64,000 nt of DNA from the human T2T-CHM13v2.0 reference genome, Homo sapiens: the NCBI RefSeq assembly GCF_009914755.1, contig NC_060944.1. One strand, written 5' to 3'. Below, one piece after another: positions 1 through 12,541 of this stretch. The position numbers and the translations under genes were made by a program. Below the pieces are notes generated by a model. It did not search any database. It had not been told where the DNA came from and saw nothing but the letters and a program-made list of their open reading frames with translations. Each line of letters begins with the position of its first letter. Positions within the stretch are counted from its first letter, which is position 1.

Positions 1-2575
1 GAATAGATCAATAACAAGCTTTCAAATTGAATCAGTAATAAATAGCCTATCAACCAAAAAGAAGTCTGTGACCAAATGGATTCACAGCCAAATTCTACTA
101 GGTGTAAAAGAACAGCTGATACCATTCCTACTGAAACTATTCCAAAAAATTGACGAGGGACTCCTACATAACTCTTTCTACAAGGCCAGCATCATCCTGA
201 CACAAAAACTTGGCAGAGGAATAACAAAAAAGGAAACTTCAGGCACATATCCTTGATAAACATTGATGCAAAAATCCTCAACAAAATACTGGCAAACCGA
301 ATCCAGCAGCACATCATAAAGCTTATCCACCATGATCAAGTAGGCTTTATCCCTGGGATGCAAGGGTGGCTCAACACACACAAATCAATAAGTGTGATTC
401 ATCACATAAACCGAACTAAAGACAAAAACCACACCATTATCTCAATAGATTCAGAAAAGGCTTTCGATAAAATTCAACACCCTTTTATGTTAAAAACTCC
501 AAATTAACTAGGCATTAAAGAAACATACCTCAAAATAATAAGAGCCATCTATGACAAACCCACAGACAACATCATACTGAGTGTGCAAAGCTGGAAGTAT
601 TTCCCTCAAAAACTGGAACAAGATAAGGATGCCCTCTCTCACCACTCCTATTCGACATACTATTGGAAGTTCTGGCCACAGCGATCAGGCAAGAGAAAAA
701 TAATAAAGGGCATCCAAATAGGAAAAGAGAAAGTCAAACTATTCCTGTTTTCAGATGACATGATCTTATATCTAGAAAACCCCATAGTCTAAGCCCAAAA
801 GCTCCTTAAGCTGATAAACAACTACAGCGAAATCTCAGCATACAAAATCAATGTTCAAAAATCACTAGCAGTCCTATACCCCAACAACAGTCAAGCCAAG
901 AGCTAAGCCAGGAACACAATACCATTCACAACTGCCACTAAAAGAATAAAATACTTAGAAATACAGCTAACCAGGGAGATGAAAGGTCTCTACAAGGAGA
1001 ACTACAAAACACTGCTCAAAGAAATCAGAGATGATGCAAACAAATAGATAAACATTACATGCTCATGAATAGGAAGAATTGATATCATTAAAATGGCCAA
1101 AGCAATTTATATATTCAGTGCTGTTCCTATCAATCTACTGAGGACATTCTTCACAGAACTAGACAAAAAATCTATTTTAAAATTCCTATGGAACCAAAAA
1201 AGAGCCCACAAAGCCAAGGCAATCCTAAGCAAAAAGAGCAAAGCTGGAGGCATCACACTATCCAACTTCAAACTATACTATAGGGCTGCAGTAGCCAAAA
1301 CAGCATGACACTGGTGCAAAAACAGACACATAGACCAATGGAACAGAATAGAGAGCTAGAAATAAGGCTGCACACCTACAACTACCTAATCTTTGACAAA
1401 CCTGACAAAAACAAGCAATGGGGAAGGATTCTCTATTCAATAAATGGTGCTGAGATAACTGGCTAGCCATATGCAGAGGATTGAAACTGGACCCCTTCTT
1501 TACACCACATAAAAAATTAAGGCAAAATGGATTAAAGGCTTAAATGTAAAACCCAAAACTATAAAAACCCTGGAAAACAAACTAGGCAGTACCCTTCTAG
1601 ATGCAGGAACAGACAAAGATTTCATGATGAAGATGCCAAGAGCAATTGCAACAAAAGCAAAAATTGACAAATGAGATCTAATTAAAGAGCTTCTGCACAG
1701 AAAAATAAACTATCAACAGAATAAACAGACAACCTACAGAATGGGAGGAAATTTTTGCAAACTATATAGTTGATGAAGGTCTAATATCCAGCATCTATAA
1801 GGAACTTAAGCAAATTTACAAGAAGAAACAACCAACCAACCCTATTAAAAAGTGAGAAAAGGACATGAACAAACATTTTTCTAAAGAAGACATACATATG
1901 ACCAACAATCATATGAGAAAAAGCTCAACATCACTGATTTAGAGAAATACAAATAGAAACCATGATGAGATACCATCTCACACCAGTCAGAATAGTTATT
2001 ATTAAAAGCCAAAAAATAGAAGGTGCTGGCAATGTTGTGGAGAAAAGGGAATGCTTATACACTGTTAGAGGGAGTGTAAATTAGCTCACTCATTGTGGAA
2101 GACAGTGTGACGATTCCTCAAAGACCTAAAAACAGAACTACCATTCAATGCAGCAATCCCATTACTGGGTATATACCCAAGGAATATACCCATGCATGTG
2201 TGTATGTTCCTTGCAGCACCATTCACAATAGCAAAGACATGGAATCAAGCTAAATGCTCATCAGTTGTAGACTGGATAAAGAAGTGTAGTACATATACAC
2301 CATGGAGTACTATGCAGCCATAAAAAGGAACAAGATCATGTCCTTTTCAGGAACATGGATGGAGCTGGAGACCATTGTCCTTAGTAAACTAAAGCAGGAA
2401 CAGAAAGCCAAATACCGCATGTTCTCACTTATAAGTTAGGAAAAATAACTAATGGCTACTAGGCTTAATACCTGGTTGATGAAATAATCTATATAACAAA
2501 TCCCCAAGACATAAGTTTACTTATATAACAAACCTGCACAGCTACCGCTGAACTTAAAATAAAAGTTTTTAAAAA
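1..2575 (+). mobile_element. LINE-1 (L1PA13-16-like): decayed ORF2 (RT to C-terminus) plus 3' UTR, continuing beyond the window's left edge
   Basis: ORF fragments give L1 ORF2 motifs ([60 protein letters not shown]) broken by stops and frameshifts. The 3' end reads 'ggaaaaataactaatggctactaggcttaatacctgg...aacttaaaataaaagtt'. Confidence 0.95.
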
Positions 2576-2967
2576 TGTAATACATATACACCATGGAATA
2601 CCGTGAAGTCATAAAAAGAGTAAAATTATGTCCTTTGCAGCATTATGGATGCAGCTGGAGGCTATTATTTAAAGCAAAGTAATGCAGACACCAAAAATCA
2701 AATCAAATATCATTCTCACTTATAAGTGGGAGCTAAACATTGGGTACACATAGTCATAAAGATGGGAATAACAGTCACTGGGGACTACTAGAAAGGGGAA
2801 AGAAGGAGGAGAGCAAGTGCTGAAAAACTACCTATTGGGTACTATGCTCACTGCCTGGGTGACAGTTTCAATCATACCCCACACCTCAGTATCATGCAAT
2901 AGACCCATGCAACAAACTTGCACATGTACACCTGGATTCTAAAATAAAAGTTGAAAAGGAAAAAAAA
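2576..2967 (+). mobile_element. LINE-1 3' end (L1PB4-like) with A tail
   Basis: 'tacatatacaccatggaata...ctcacttataagtgggagctaaacattgggtacaca...tgaaaaactacctattgggtactatgctcac...aaaataaaagttgaaa' followed by an A run. Confidence 0.88.
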
Positions 2968-3930
2968 TGATTCTTTATCTTTGATTATGATGTGTCTAAG
3001 TGTACTTCTCTTTGAGTTTATTCTGCTTGGAATCTATTGAGGTTCTTGGATTAATCAAATTTGAGATGATTTTAGCCACTATTTCTTCTCACAATCTTTC
3101 TGTTCCTTTCTCTCTCTCTTCACCTAATGGGTTCCCATAACACATAGGTTGGTACTCTTAATGGTGCTCAATGTGTCCCTTAGACGGTCTTCACTGTTTT
3201 TCCCTCTTTTTTCTTTCTGATCCTCAGGCAATAATAGTTTCAATTTTTCAATATTCAAGTTTGCGTTCTTTCTTCTGCATACTTAAATCTGCTGTTCAGT
3301 GCCAGTAGTAAATTTTTCATTTCTATTATTATACTTTTCAGCTCTAGAATTTCTATTTTGTTTCTTCCCATAATTTCTATCTTTTATTAATATTTTCATG
3401 TTATTCATACATTGTTTTCCTGGTCTCTTTTAGTTCTTTGGTTATATTATGGTAGCTGATTTTAAAACTTTGCCCTGCAAGTTCAATCATTGGGCTTCCT
3501 CAGGGATAGTTTCGGTCAATGAATTTGTCCTGCGAATGGGCCATACTTTTCTTTTGTTTGAATGCCTTGTAATATTATATTGTGGTAACTCCAAAAATCA
3601 GATTTTGCCCTTTCCCCAAATTTTGCTGTTGTTTGTTTCTGAGGGGTGCCGTAATTTATTTGTTTAGTTTCTTTTGGAATGTTTTTTTGCTAAGGCTATA
3701 TTTCTGGTTGTGTGTGCTCTCTGAAGTCTTCATTTCATTGTCTCAGTGGTCAGCCAGTGACCTGACAGAGGTTTCCTTAAATGTCTGTAGCCAAAAAGAG
3801 AAAAAAAAATTTTTCTCTCAGTCTTTGAAGTTTGGCTTTAAGCCGGGGCATTCATTCAGTGCTACGCCAGCTTACCTCCATCTCTGCCTTAGCCTTCAGC
3901 ACCTGATTTTGCAAAGTCTACTGATCCACA
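2968..3930 (-). mobile_element. Old L1M fragment (ORF1/5' region), antisense
   Basis: T-rich 'ttgattatgatgtgtctaagtgtacttctctttgagtttattctgcttgg...atttttcatttctattattatacttttcagctctagaatttcta', typical of the reverse strand of the L1M ORF1 region. Confidence 0.7.
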
Positions 3931-4424
3931 GTGTGAGAAGTGTGAATTCTCCAACGTTGAACAGCTTCGTTCTTCTTAATTATTATGTTGGCTAATCTCT
4001 TTCTTTTTCAGAGGTCAAAATATAGTTTTAATGTGTATTTGGGACTCTGAGTTACAGCAGCCTTTTTCCTACTCCACCCTCTACTTATTTGGTCAGTTGT
4101 TTCTCACAGGCTTTGTACAGCGAATTCACCCTAGTAAGTACAGCAGGCTGATACTTAATTTTACTCTGAATGCTGGTAGATGAAAACAACAGTGTCATTG
4201 CCTAGTAAATGGAACTAATTCTCAGACTTAGTGCCAAGGAGCCAGAAAGGGCAGTGATTTCATGACCTAGTTAAAGGCACAGTCATTACTCAGCTCCCAC
4301 TAATTTTGGTCATGTAAAAACACAGGCCCAATGATACTAGATATTATACTTTCTGCAGATAACCACGGCAACATTTCCCATTCATATGCTTTTCTAGAAC
4401 CTTGCCTCTCACCATTAAGAAAGG

Positions 4425-4906
4425 AAGCGTGTGGCCCATCTCCTTGAAATCTGAGAAGAGGGGTCATAGAACTAGACCGCTGTGGAAGTTATGCCATAAT
4501 GACGTCCAAGGAGAGCTCCTAAAGACAATACAATTTTTGTTTGGCTCTCCCTTAGGACACTCATCCTTGGATCCCAGTGCCCTGGTGTGTAAGTAAGCCC
4601 AGGACAGCAGGGGAGGCCCACATGGAGAGTGACTGAGGCCCCAGGCCCTCAGCCCTGAAAGAATTCCCAGCCCACAGCCAGAACCAACTTGCCAGCCCAC
4701 AGCCAGAACCAACTTGCCAGCAGTGTGAGAGCCATTTTAGGAGTGGATCTTCCAGCCCCAGTGACACTCCAGCTGATAACCCATGAGCGAGTAAGTCTTC
4801 TACACCAAGCTATGCCCAAATTGCACATTTGCAAGCAAAATATGATTGTGTTTTTGAGTCACTTTGTTTTATAGTGGCTTGTTATACAGCAGCAGATAAT
4901 TCAGCC
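4425..4906 (+). mobile_element. MaLR LTR (MLT1-type)
   Basis: 'gccattttaggagtggatcttccagcccca...cccaaattgcacattt...ttgttatacagcagcagataattcag' resembles an MLT1 3' end. Confidence 0.7.
4667..4721 (+). repeat. Perfect 25-bp tandem duplication (2.2 copies) inside MLT1
   Basis: ccagcccacagccagaaccaacttg at 4667-4691 and 4692-4716, then ccagc. Confidence 0.95.
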
Positions 4907-5012
4907 ACCGAGTCTTCCAAATTCTCAAGAAAAGCAAAATATTTAAATTTTCAAGTGAAATCTCTGATTTTTAAATACTAACTAGTTCCAAATTTAAAAC
5001 TATCTTCTATAA

Positions 5013-5190
5013 GGTTTTGAATGGTTCCAAACACATAGAACAGATAAATACTCAAAGTGATGGATACCTCAAATACCCTGACTTTATCATTACACATTCT
5101 ATGTGTATAACAAAATATCACATGTACCCATAAAAATGAATCACATATATGTAAAATGTTATGATTTAATACAAAGTAAAGAAATAAAAT
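5013..5190 (+). mobile_element. L1MA 3' end fragment
   Basis: 'gataaatactcaaagtgatggatacctcaaataccctgactttatcattacacattctatg...aacaaaatatcacatgtacccataaa'. Confidence 0.8.
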
Positions 5191-6060
5191 ACCTGCTATA
5201 AGTTGTGTAAAAACATCTTCATGTTATTTTCAGCCTTCTACCCACAGTCTACATGGGGTATCTCAATTAATTGTCACAATAATGCTGCCAGGTAGTTGCT
5301 GTGTCTTCGTTTTTTTCAGATAACCCCCAAATCAGTGAATAAACTAGTTCAGAGTCACACGGCCAGTAAGAAATAGGGTCAAGATCTGAGCTCAGCAAAG
5401 TCTGTCTGCTTTTTTCTACATCATACCATGCTTTTAAGCTTAATACATAAGACAGATTATTTCCTGCTTCATTTAGTCGTCCTATTTCTGCCTTATTTAG
5501 AAATAGTTCCAAGGCGATTTAGTTTCTTGCACTTTTCTACCCTGTTGCTGCTGTTTTATTTTTCTTATACTTCATTTCACTTGAACTCCTCACCTCCAGC
5601 TTCATTTATTCTCTTGGGGTCCAAAAAGAAAATGATTATAAACCAAGGAAGGTTGCAATGATCCTTTCCCCCAGGGAATTTTCCCAGGGCTGCAGCCAAG
5701 TGCCAGTTTGGTTTAGAAGGGACGTATAACCATCGGAGGCCAAGCTAGATTGGCATGTGTCCCTAGCAAATTCACACAGCATGAAGTTGCTATTCATGCC
5801 TTCAGTACTGCCATTTTGTGAGGCGTTTTGATTTTCCCTATACATTCTTTGTAACCAATTATTATTGCCCCTGATCCTCTTTGCTACAAAAGTTCAATAG
5901 AGATGGGACCTGCAGAGTCAGTATTTGGATGTCTGTGTTTGTGTATCTATTTGGCTGTAAATGCAAGAGACAAGAAGCAGTGTTTTTCTATCACATTTGG
6001 AAAAGGAAAGAGGAAAGATATGTTGAGAGTCACCATTATTTCCTAGGTGATTATAAAACC

Positions 6061-6137
6061 AGAAAAGAAAAGAAAAGAAAAGAAAAGAAAAGAAAAGAAA
6101 AGAAAAGAAAAGAAAAGAAAAGAAAAGAAAAGAAAAG
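6061..6137 (+). repeat. (AGAAA)n pentanucleotide microsatellite, ~15 perfect units
   Basis: Uninterrupted agaaa repeats. Confidence 0.98.
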
Positions 6138-6917
6138 CCTACTGTTATTTTTTGGATAACAATCTTATCCTTGGAACAAATCCAGCTGAATCAAGAAAGC
6201 ACTTTATGCTTCAAATCTCGTATAATAAATAGGTTTTCAGGTGAATGGTCTTAATTTTTATGGTAACAACTGTTTAGATAACTGTGTTTTTTTCCTTAGT
6301 GAGTTCTATTCCTGGTTAGTATAGGTCTGAAACATGTTTAAAATACATTCACGTAAAGCCTGATTTGTAACTTTTAAACCTACTAAGTGTAGCTTATATC
6401 ATTATGCTGCAATTGTATGCACATGACCATGAGGCATGATTTCCTGAACTGGGTGGGAGATAGGGGCACAGAATTTTTGACTCAGTTCCATTGCTTTAAC
6501 CTGGAAAAAAAATTCCAACATCCTTGGAACTCTGATTTTCTGCTTGTAATACATGGAGTGTAACAGCTGAGCCACAGGCTGTTTTGAGAACAGAACAAAA
6601 AGCTGTAAATATGTCAGTCAATAAAACTCTACCAAGCAAAGAGCCTTTATAAATTCAAAACACTATTGATGGTTTTAAATTATTTTCTCTGAAAAAAACA
6701 TAACATCAGAGGTTATTTAACTTTTCTATTATTTATAATACAGTCACCAATTTAGAGATAGGAGACTTAATTTTCTCTTTTGTCCAAAATCAACTCAAAT
6801 TATGCTCAGAGAACCATAGTATCTTAAGCAGTAAGAGATTTGGGGAAAACAACATTTAAAAAAAAAAAGGGTTATTGTGTGGCCAGGTAAGTTTGTGAAG
6901 TGCCTGAGCATACACTA

Positions 6918-7340
6918 TTGTTGTAAAATGTATTAATGCCCAGTAAATGTCCATTCTCTTCCATCTCTATTCTGTAAGAGGAGCTGTTTCCCCACCTATT
7001 GTTATGGGGTTTGGTCATGTGACTTGCTTTGACCAATGGGATGTGAGTGGACATAATATATACCAGTCCAAGTAGAGAATTTAACCCAAGTCAAACATGT
7101 GTTTGGCTCAGTCTCCTCACTTCTGCCCACTGTCCTAAGAGGAGTTTTCTCCAGGTAAACACTACTGCTTCAACCTGGGTCCCAGAAAGACAAACACATG
7201 CTCTAGATCTGTGTCACCTACCATTGCCAGCTGACCCAACACAGAGGACTTATGAAAAATACATAATAGTTGTAAGCTACTGAGATTTGGAGTTTTTTAT
7301 TATAGAGCATTTTCATAGCCAAAGTTGATTAATTCATACA
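6918..7340 (+). mobile_element. MaLR LTR (MLT1H/I/J-like)
   Basis: 'tttggtcatgtgacttgctttgaccaatgggatgtgagtggaca' and 'gttgtaagctactgagatttggag...'. Confidence 0.75.
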
Positions 7341-7596
7341 TTAAACATCTTCTTAACCACAAGACTTCCAGGGCATTCAGTTTGCTGATGTCCTCTGTAG
7401 ATCTCAAAATTAATTGGCCCTAGACTTATGTGTTCTACAGAAACACTGACTTAAAAATAAAATTTTTAGAGCAGCATTTTTTAAGACCACATGATGTCTT
7501 TTCAAAGGCAGAGGGTTAAGTTTACAAGCATCCTATCTTCATAGCACTCAATAATAGATATGGCTTTATTGTGTGGTCACATCCATTCATCTAGGC

Positions 7597-7860
7597 TGGT
7601 GATATAAATTAGTGGTCAAAGCATTCGCTTTGGAATCATACAAGCCTTAATTTAAATTATAGCCCCACCACTTAAGAGATAGGAGACCTTGGGAATTCAT
7701 GTATGTTCTTCGAGACTTAATTTCCTTACCTGCAAAATTAGGATAATAATATTAATAGTTACATTATAAAATTGTGAAGATTAACTGATATATATAATAA
7801 GCTTAGCACAATGTCTGACACAGAGCATAAGCTCAAGAAATGATAGCTGATGTTACTACT
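7597..7860 (+). mobile_element. MIR SINE
   Basis: Core 'tttccttacctgcaaaattaggataataata' and 3' 'agcttagcacaatgtctgacacagagcataagctcaagaaatgatagct'. Confidence 0.8.
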
Positions 7861-7985
7861 TTTAGAGGTCCATGTCCATAAAACCCTTTATAGAGAAATT
7901 GGAAGTAGGAAAATTAGAGTAAAGTTAACACAGGACACATTGATTTTAATCAAAGAACAGATTACTTAGGAGGAAATGACCTTCT

Positions 7986-10220
7986 TTTTTTTATTATTAT
8001 ACTTTAAGTTCTGGGGTATGTGTGCTGAACATGCAGGTTGGTTACATAGGTATACACGTGCCATGGTGATTTGCTGCACCCATCAACCTGTCATCTACAT
8101 TAGGTATTTCTCCTAATGCTATCCCTCCCCCAGCTCCCCACCCCCTGACAGGCTACCAGTGTGTGATGCCCCCAACCCTGCTGTGTCCATGTGTTCTCAT
8201 TCTTCAACTGCCGCTTATGAATGAGAACATGCGATGTTTGGTTTTCTCTTCCTGTGTTAGTCTGCTGAGAATGATGGTTTCCAGCTTCATCCATGTCCCT
8301 GCAAAGGACATGAACTCATCCTTTTTATGGCTTCATAGTATTCCATGGTATGTATGTGCCACATTTTCTTTATTCAGTCTATCATTGATGAGCATTTGGG
8401 TTGGTTCCAAGTCTTTGCTATTGTGAACAGTGCCGCAATAAACATACGTGTGCATGTGTCTTTATAGTAGAGTGATTTATAATCTTTTGGGTATATATCC
8501 AGTAATGGGATTGCTAGGTCAAATGCTATTTCTAGTTCTAGATCCTTGAGGAATTGCCACACTGTCTTACACAATGGTTGAACTAATTGACACTCCCACC
8601 AACAGTGTAAAAACTTTCCTATTTCTCCACATCCTCTGCAACATCTGTTGTTTCCTGACTTTTTAATGATTGCCATTCTAACTGGTATGGATTTTGGTAT
8701 CTCATTGTGCTTTTGATTTGCATTTCTCTAATGACCAGTGATGATGAGCTTTTTTTCATATGTTTGTTGGCTGCATAAATGTCTTCTTTTGAAAAGTGTC
8801 TGTTCATATCCTTCACCCACTTTTTGACGAGGGTGTTTGTTTTTCTCTTGTAAATTTGTTTAAGTTCTTTGTAGATTCTGGATATTAGCCCTTTGTCAGA
8901 TGAAGAGATTGCAAACATTTTCTCCCATTCTGTAGGTTGCCTGTTCACTCTGATGATCTTGAAAATGGTCATATTGCCCAAAGTAATTTATAGATTCAGT
9001 GCTATCCCCATCAAGCTACCATTGACTTTCTTTACATAATTGGAATTTCATATGGAACCAAAAAAAAGTCTGCATAGCCAAGACAATCCTAAGCAAAAAG
9101 AACAAACCAGGAGGCATCATGTTACCTGACTTCAAACTATACTACAAGGCTACAGTAACCAAAACAGCATGGTACCGGTACTAAAACAGATATGTAGACC
9201 AATGGAACAGAACAGAGGCCTCAGAAATAATACACCTACAACCATCTGATCTTTGTCAAACCTGACAAAAACAAGCAATGGGGAAAGGATTCCCTATTTA
9301 ATAAATGGTGTTGGGAAAACTGGCTAGCCATATGCAGAAAACTGAAACTGGATCCCTTCCCTACACCTTATAGAAAAATTAACTCAAGATGGATTAAAGG
9401 CTTAAACGTTTACACTGTTGGTGGGATTGTAAACTAGTTCAACCATTGTGGAAGTCAGTGTGGTGATTCCTCAGGGATCTAGAACTAGAAATACCATTTG
9501 ACCCAGCCATCCCTTTACTGGGTATATACCCAAAGGACTATAAATCATGCTGCTATAAAGACACATGCACACGTATGTTTATTGCGGCATTATTCACAAT
9601 AGCAAAGACTTGGAACCAACCCAAATGTCCAACAATGATAGACTGGATTAAGAAAATGTGGCACATATACACCATGGAATACTATGCAGCCATAAAAAAT
9701 GATGAGTTCACGTCCTTTGTAGGTACATGGATGAAATTGGAAATCATCATTCTCAGTAAACTATTGCAAGAACAAAAAACCAAACACCGCATATTCTCAC
9801 TCATAGGTGGGAATTGAACAATGAGAACACATGGACACAGGAAGGGGAACATCACACTCTGGGGACAGTTGTGGGGTGGGGGAAGGGGGGAGGGATAGCA
9901 TTGGGAGATATACCTAATGCTAGATGACGAGTTAGTGGGTGCAGTGCACCAGCATGGCACATGTATACATATGTAACTAACCTGCACATTGTGCACATGT
10001 ACCCTAAAACTTAAAGTATAATAATAATAAATTAAAAAAAAAGACTTAAACATTAGACCTAAAACCATAAAAACCCTAGAAGAAAACCTAGGCAATACCA
10101 TTCAGGACATAGACATGGGCAAAAACTTCATGACTAAAACACAAAAAGCAATGGCAACAAAAGCCAAAATTGACAGACGGGATCTAATTAAACTAAAGAG
10201 CTTCTGCAAAGCAAAAGAAA
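7986..10220 (-). mobile_element. L1PA7-like element with 5' inversion: 3' part on - at 7986-8957, inverted ORF2 part on + at ~8960-9410 and 10040-10220
   Basis: Poly-T plus the reverse 3' UTR 'ttaagttctgggg...catgcaggttggttacataggtatacacgtgccatgg'. Orientation switches at 8957/8960. Candidate TSD aaatgaccttct (7974-7985) / aaatatccttct (10219-10230). Confidence 0.92.
9411..10039 (+). mobile_element. 5'-truncated young L1 (L1PA2-like, possibly PA3) nested in the L1PA7 inverted arm
   Basis: Diagnostic 'gcattgggagatatacctaatgctagatgacgagttagtgggtgcag' (GAG, not the Ta-type ACA). Intact ORF2 C-terminus (9575-9817). TSD aaaggcttaaacgtt (9396-9410) / aaagacttaaacatt (10040-10054). Confidence 0.93.
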
Positions 10221-12328
10221 ATATCCTTCTGTATCATTTTTTTCTGTTTTGGCTCAATTCATCTATCTATTTTCCAAATAACATTTTTATATTACTGAAT
10301 TAAAATTTTCCCAATCTCCACCCTTCTACACGAACCTTCTCCACCCCTTCACCCCAAAGTAGAAATGTGGAAAGACAGAAACAGTTGATGTTCTGTCTGC
10401 ATTTTGTTTACATGGGTAGGGGAAGCCACCCTGTACCTGATGTCTCTGGAGGCTTCCAGAGCTTCACATTTCCACAAAGCACCTGCTCAACTCAAGTTAG
10501 CAGTTTCTGTTCCTATTAAAAATCCAAAAATCAGAGTTGGAATTTTGAATCACATGGGAAGTTTCAGTGTTTCAAAGCATGAAGTAGAGCTTCCCTAACC
10601 CCTGCTATGACTACTCTGCTTTCAGTGTTGGAAAGGAAATGATCTTTTAAAAGGTGGAATATGCAAAAGGGGAAAACAGTTCTCCTCTGTCTTTTCCTGG
10701 GGTCGGGAGGGGGATTGAGGCATTTCCCCAAAGATCCCTGCTAACTCTGTGACCTTCCAAGATTCGTTAACTGTGCCAGAGAAGGAAATGTACCTGCAAT
10801 TGCTCATTGGGGTAATATTTAAGTCAAGGCTGGATTTCAAGCTCAATTTAAGTGCTACATTTTGATTTTTTTTAAGAAGAAAGATTTGCCTGTAAAAATG
10901 CTACTTTTCTTATACAAGATCTATAAACATGCTTTGACAACCTTTGAAATTGATTAAAAGTGGGCTTATATTTCTAAATGGAGATGCCTTGAGTCAGGAT
11001 GAGTAAGCTAAGAAAATCTATTCATTTTAGATATATTTTAACTCTCCTTACTGTGCATTGAAATTATCAATAATTTCCAGTTATTCTTTGTTTATATTTT
11101 GGCACCATTTTATTCCCCTCCCCTCAAAAAAAAACTCCAAACACTAAGGTGAAATGTAAGCAAATAGTACTGGAAATTTTATAAATTTTATACATAGCAA
11201 TCAGAAGTTTATAAAGTAGATCATTCTGAAGGCAGATTATGTTAATCAGTCAAACTATTTAAAAGCAGGAGTGCCAATGTGGGGGTAAACTCAACTCTTT
11301 CGAAGAGCTCATTTGTTAACACATTTATCGATATCCCCAGTTGCCATCTCCTTAATCTTTTGCTCACTCGGAGGAAAATTCCTAATAGCAAGATACACAT
11401 GAAGACAGCAGAACATTTACAAGAAAGTCAGCCAGACATGTGGCAGCCAAGGTCTGTCAAAGTGTAGAGAATTTTTTGTATGTGGCAAAATACACATAAC
11501 ATAAAATTGACCATTTTAACCATTCTTAAATGTACAGTTAAGTGGCATTAAGCACATTCACATTGTTCTGCAACCATCCTTACCATCCATCTCCAGAACT
11601 TTTTCATCTTTTAAAACTGAAGCTCCATACCCATTAAACAGTATCTCCTTATTCTCCCTTTCCTAGCCTCTGGCAACCACCATTCTACTTTCTGTTTCTA
11701 CAAATCTGAGTACTCCAGGTACCTCTTATAAGAGGAATCATACAGTATTTGTCCAGTTTGTGCCTGGCTTATTTCACTTAGCATAATGCTCTCAAGGTTC
11801 TTCCATGTTATTGTATGCATCCAATTTTCCTTCTTTTTAATTCTGAATAATATTCCATTGTATAGACATATTGCACTTTATTATTTACTCATCTGTTGAT
11901 AAACCTTTCAGTGGCTTCTTCCTTTTGGTTATTACGAATAATGCTGCTATGAACATGGGAGTGCAAATGTCTGTTCAAGTTCCCGTTTTTAATTATTTCA
12001 GGTATATGCCAAGAAGTGGAGATGCTGGATCATCTGGTAATTTAACATTTAATTTTTGAAGACCCACTATACTGTTTTCCGCAGCGACCGTACCATATTA
12101 CGTTTCCTACCAGTAATATGAGAAGGTTCTACTTTCTCCACATCCTCACCACTATTTGTCCTTTTATGCTTTTGTTTTAATACTAGACATCCTAATGGGT
12201 TTGAGGTGGTATCTTGTGATTTTAATTTGCATTTCCCTAATGATTAGTGACACTGAGCATCTTTTCATGTGCTTATTGGCCATTTGTATATCTGCTTTGG
12301 GGATATGTCTAAGTCTTTTACCCATTTT

Positions 12329-12505
12329 CAAAATTGATACGCAGCAGATGTACATATTTTCGGAATTCACATGACAATTTGATACACTTATATAATCAAA
12401 TCAGATTAATTGGAATATTCGTTATCTTAAATACTTTTCTTTATACTAGGAACATTCACAAAATTATCTTTTAGCTATTTTGAAATATACAATGAATTAA
12501 TATCT
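12329..12505 (-). mobile_element. L1MA 3' end fragment inserted into the L1MB
   Basis: 'aaaattgatac...gtacatatttt...aatcaaatcagattaattggaat...ctttatactaggaacattc...ttttagctattttgaaatatacaat' matches the reverse L1MA 3' terminus. Confidence 0.75.
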
Positions 12506-12541
12506 GCAGTCATACCACCTGAATGCATCTCATCTCATCTG
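12502..12541 (+). pseudogene. 5S rRNA 5' fragment (nt ~1-41), tailless retropseudogene-like
   Basis: atctgcagtcataccacc-tgaatgcatctcatctcatctg vs 5S GTCTACGGCCATACCACCCTGAACGCGCCCGATCTCGTCTG: 30/41 identities by hand alignment. All five CpGs are decayed and 9 of 10 substitutions are transitions. Confidence 0.65.

Noticed and set aside
68-1470. Reverse-transcriptase-like ORFs as an active or novel RT system
   Set aside because: Ordinary decayed L1 ORF2 with multiple stops and frameshifts.
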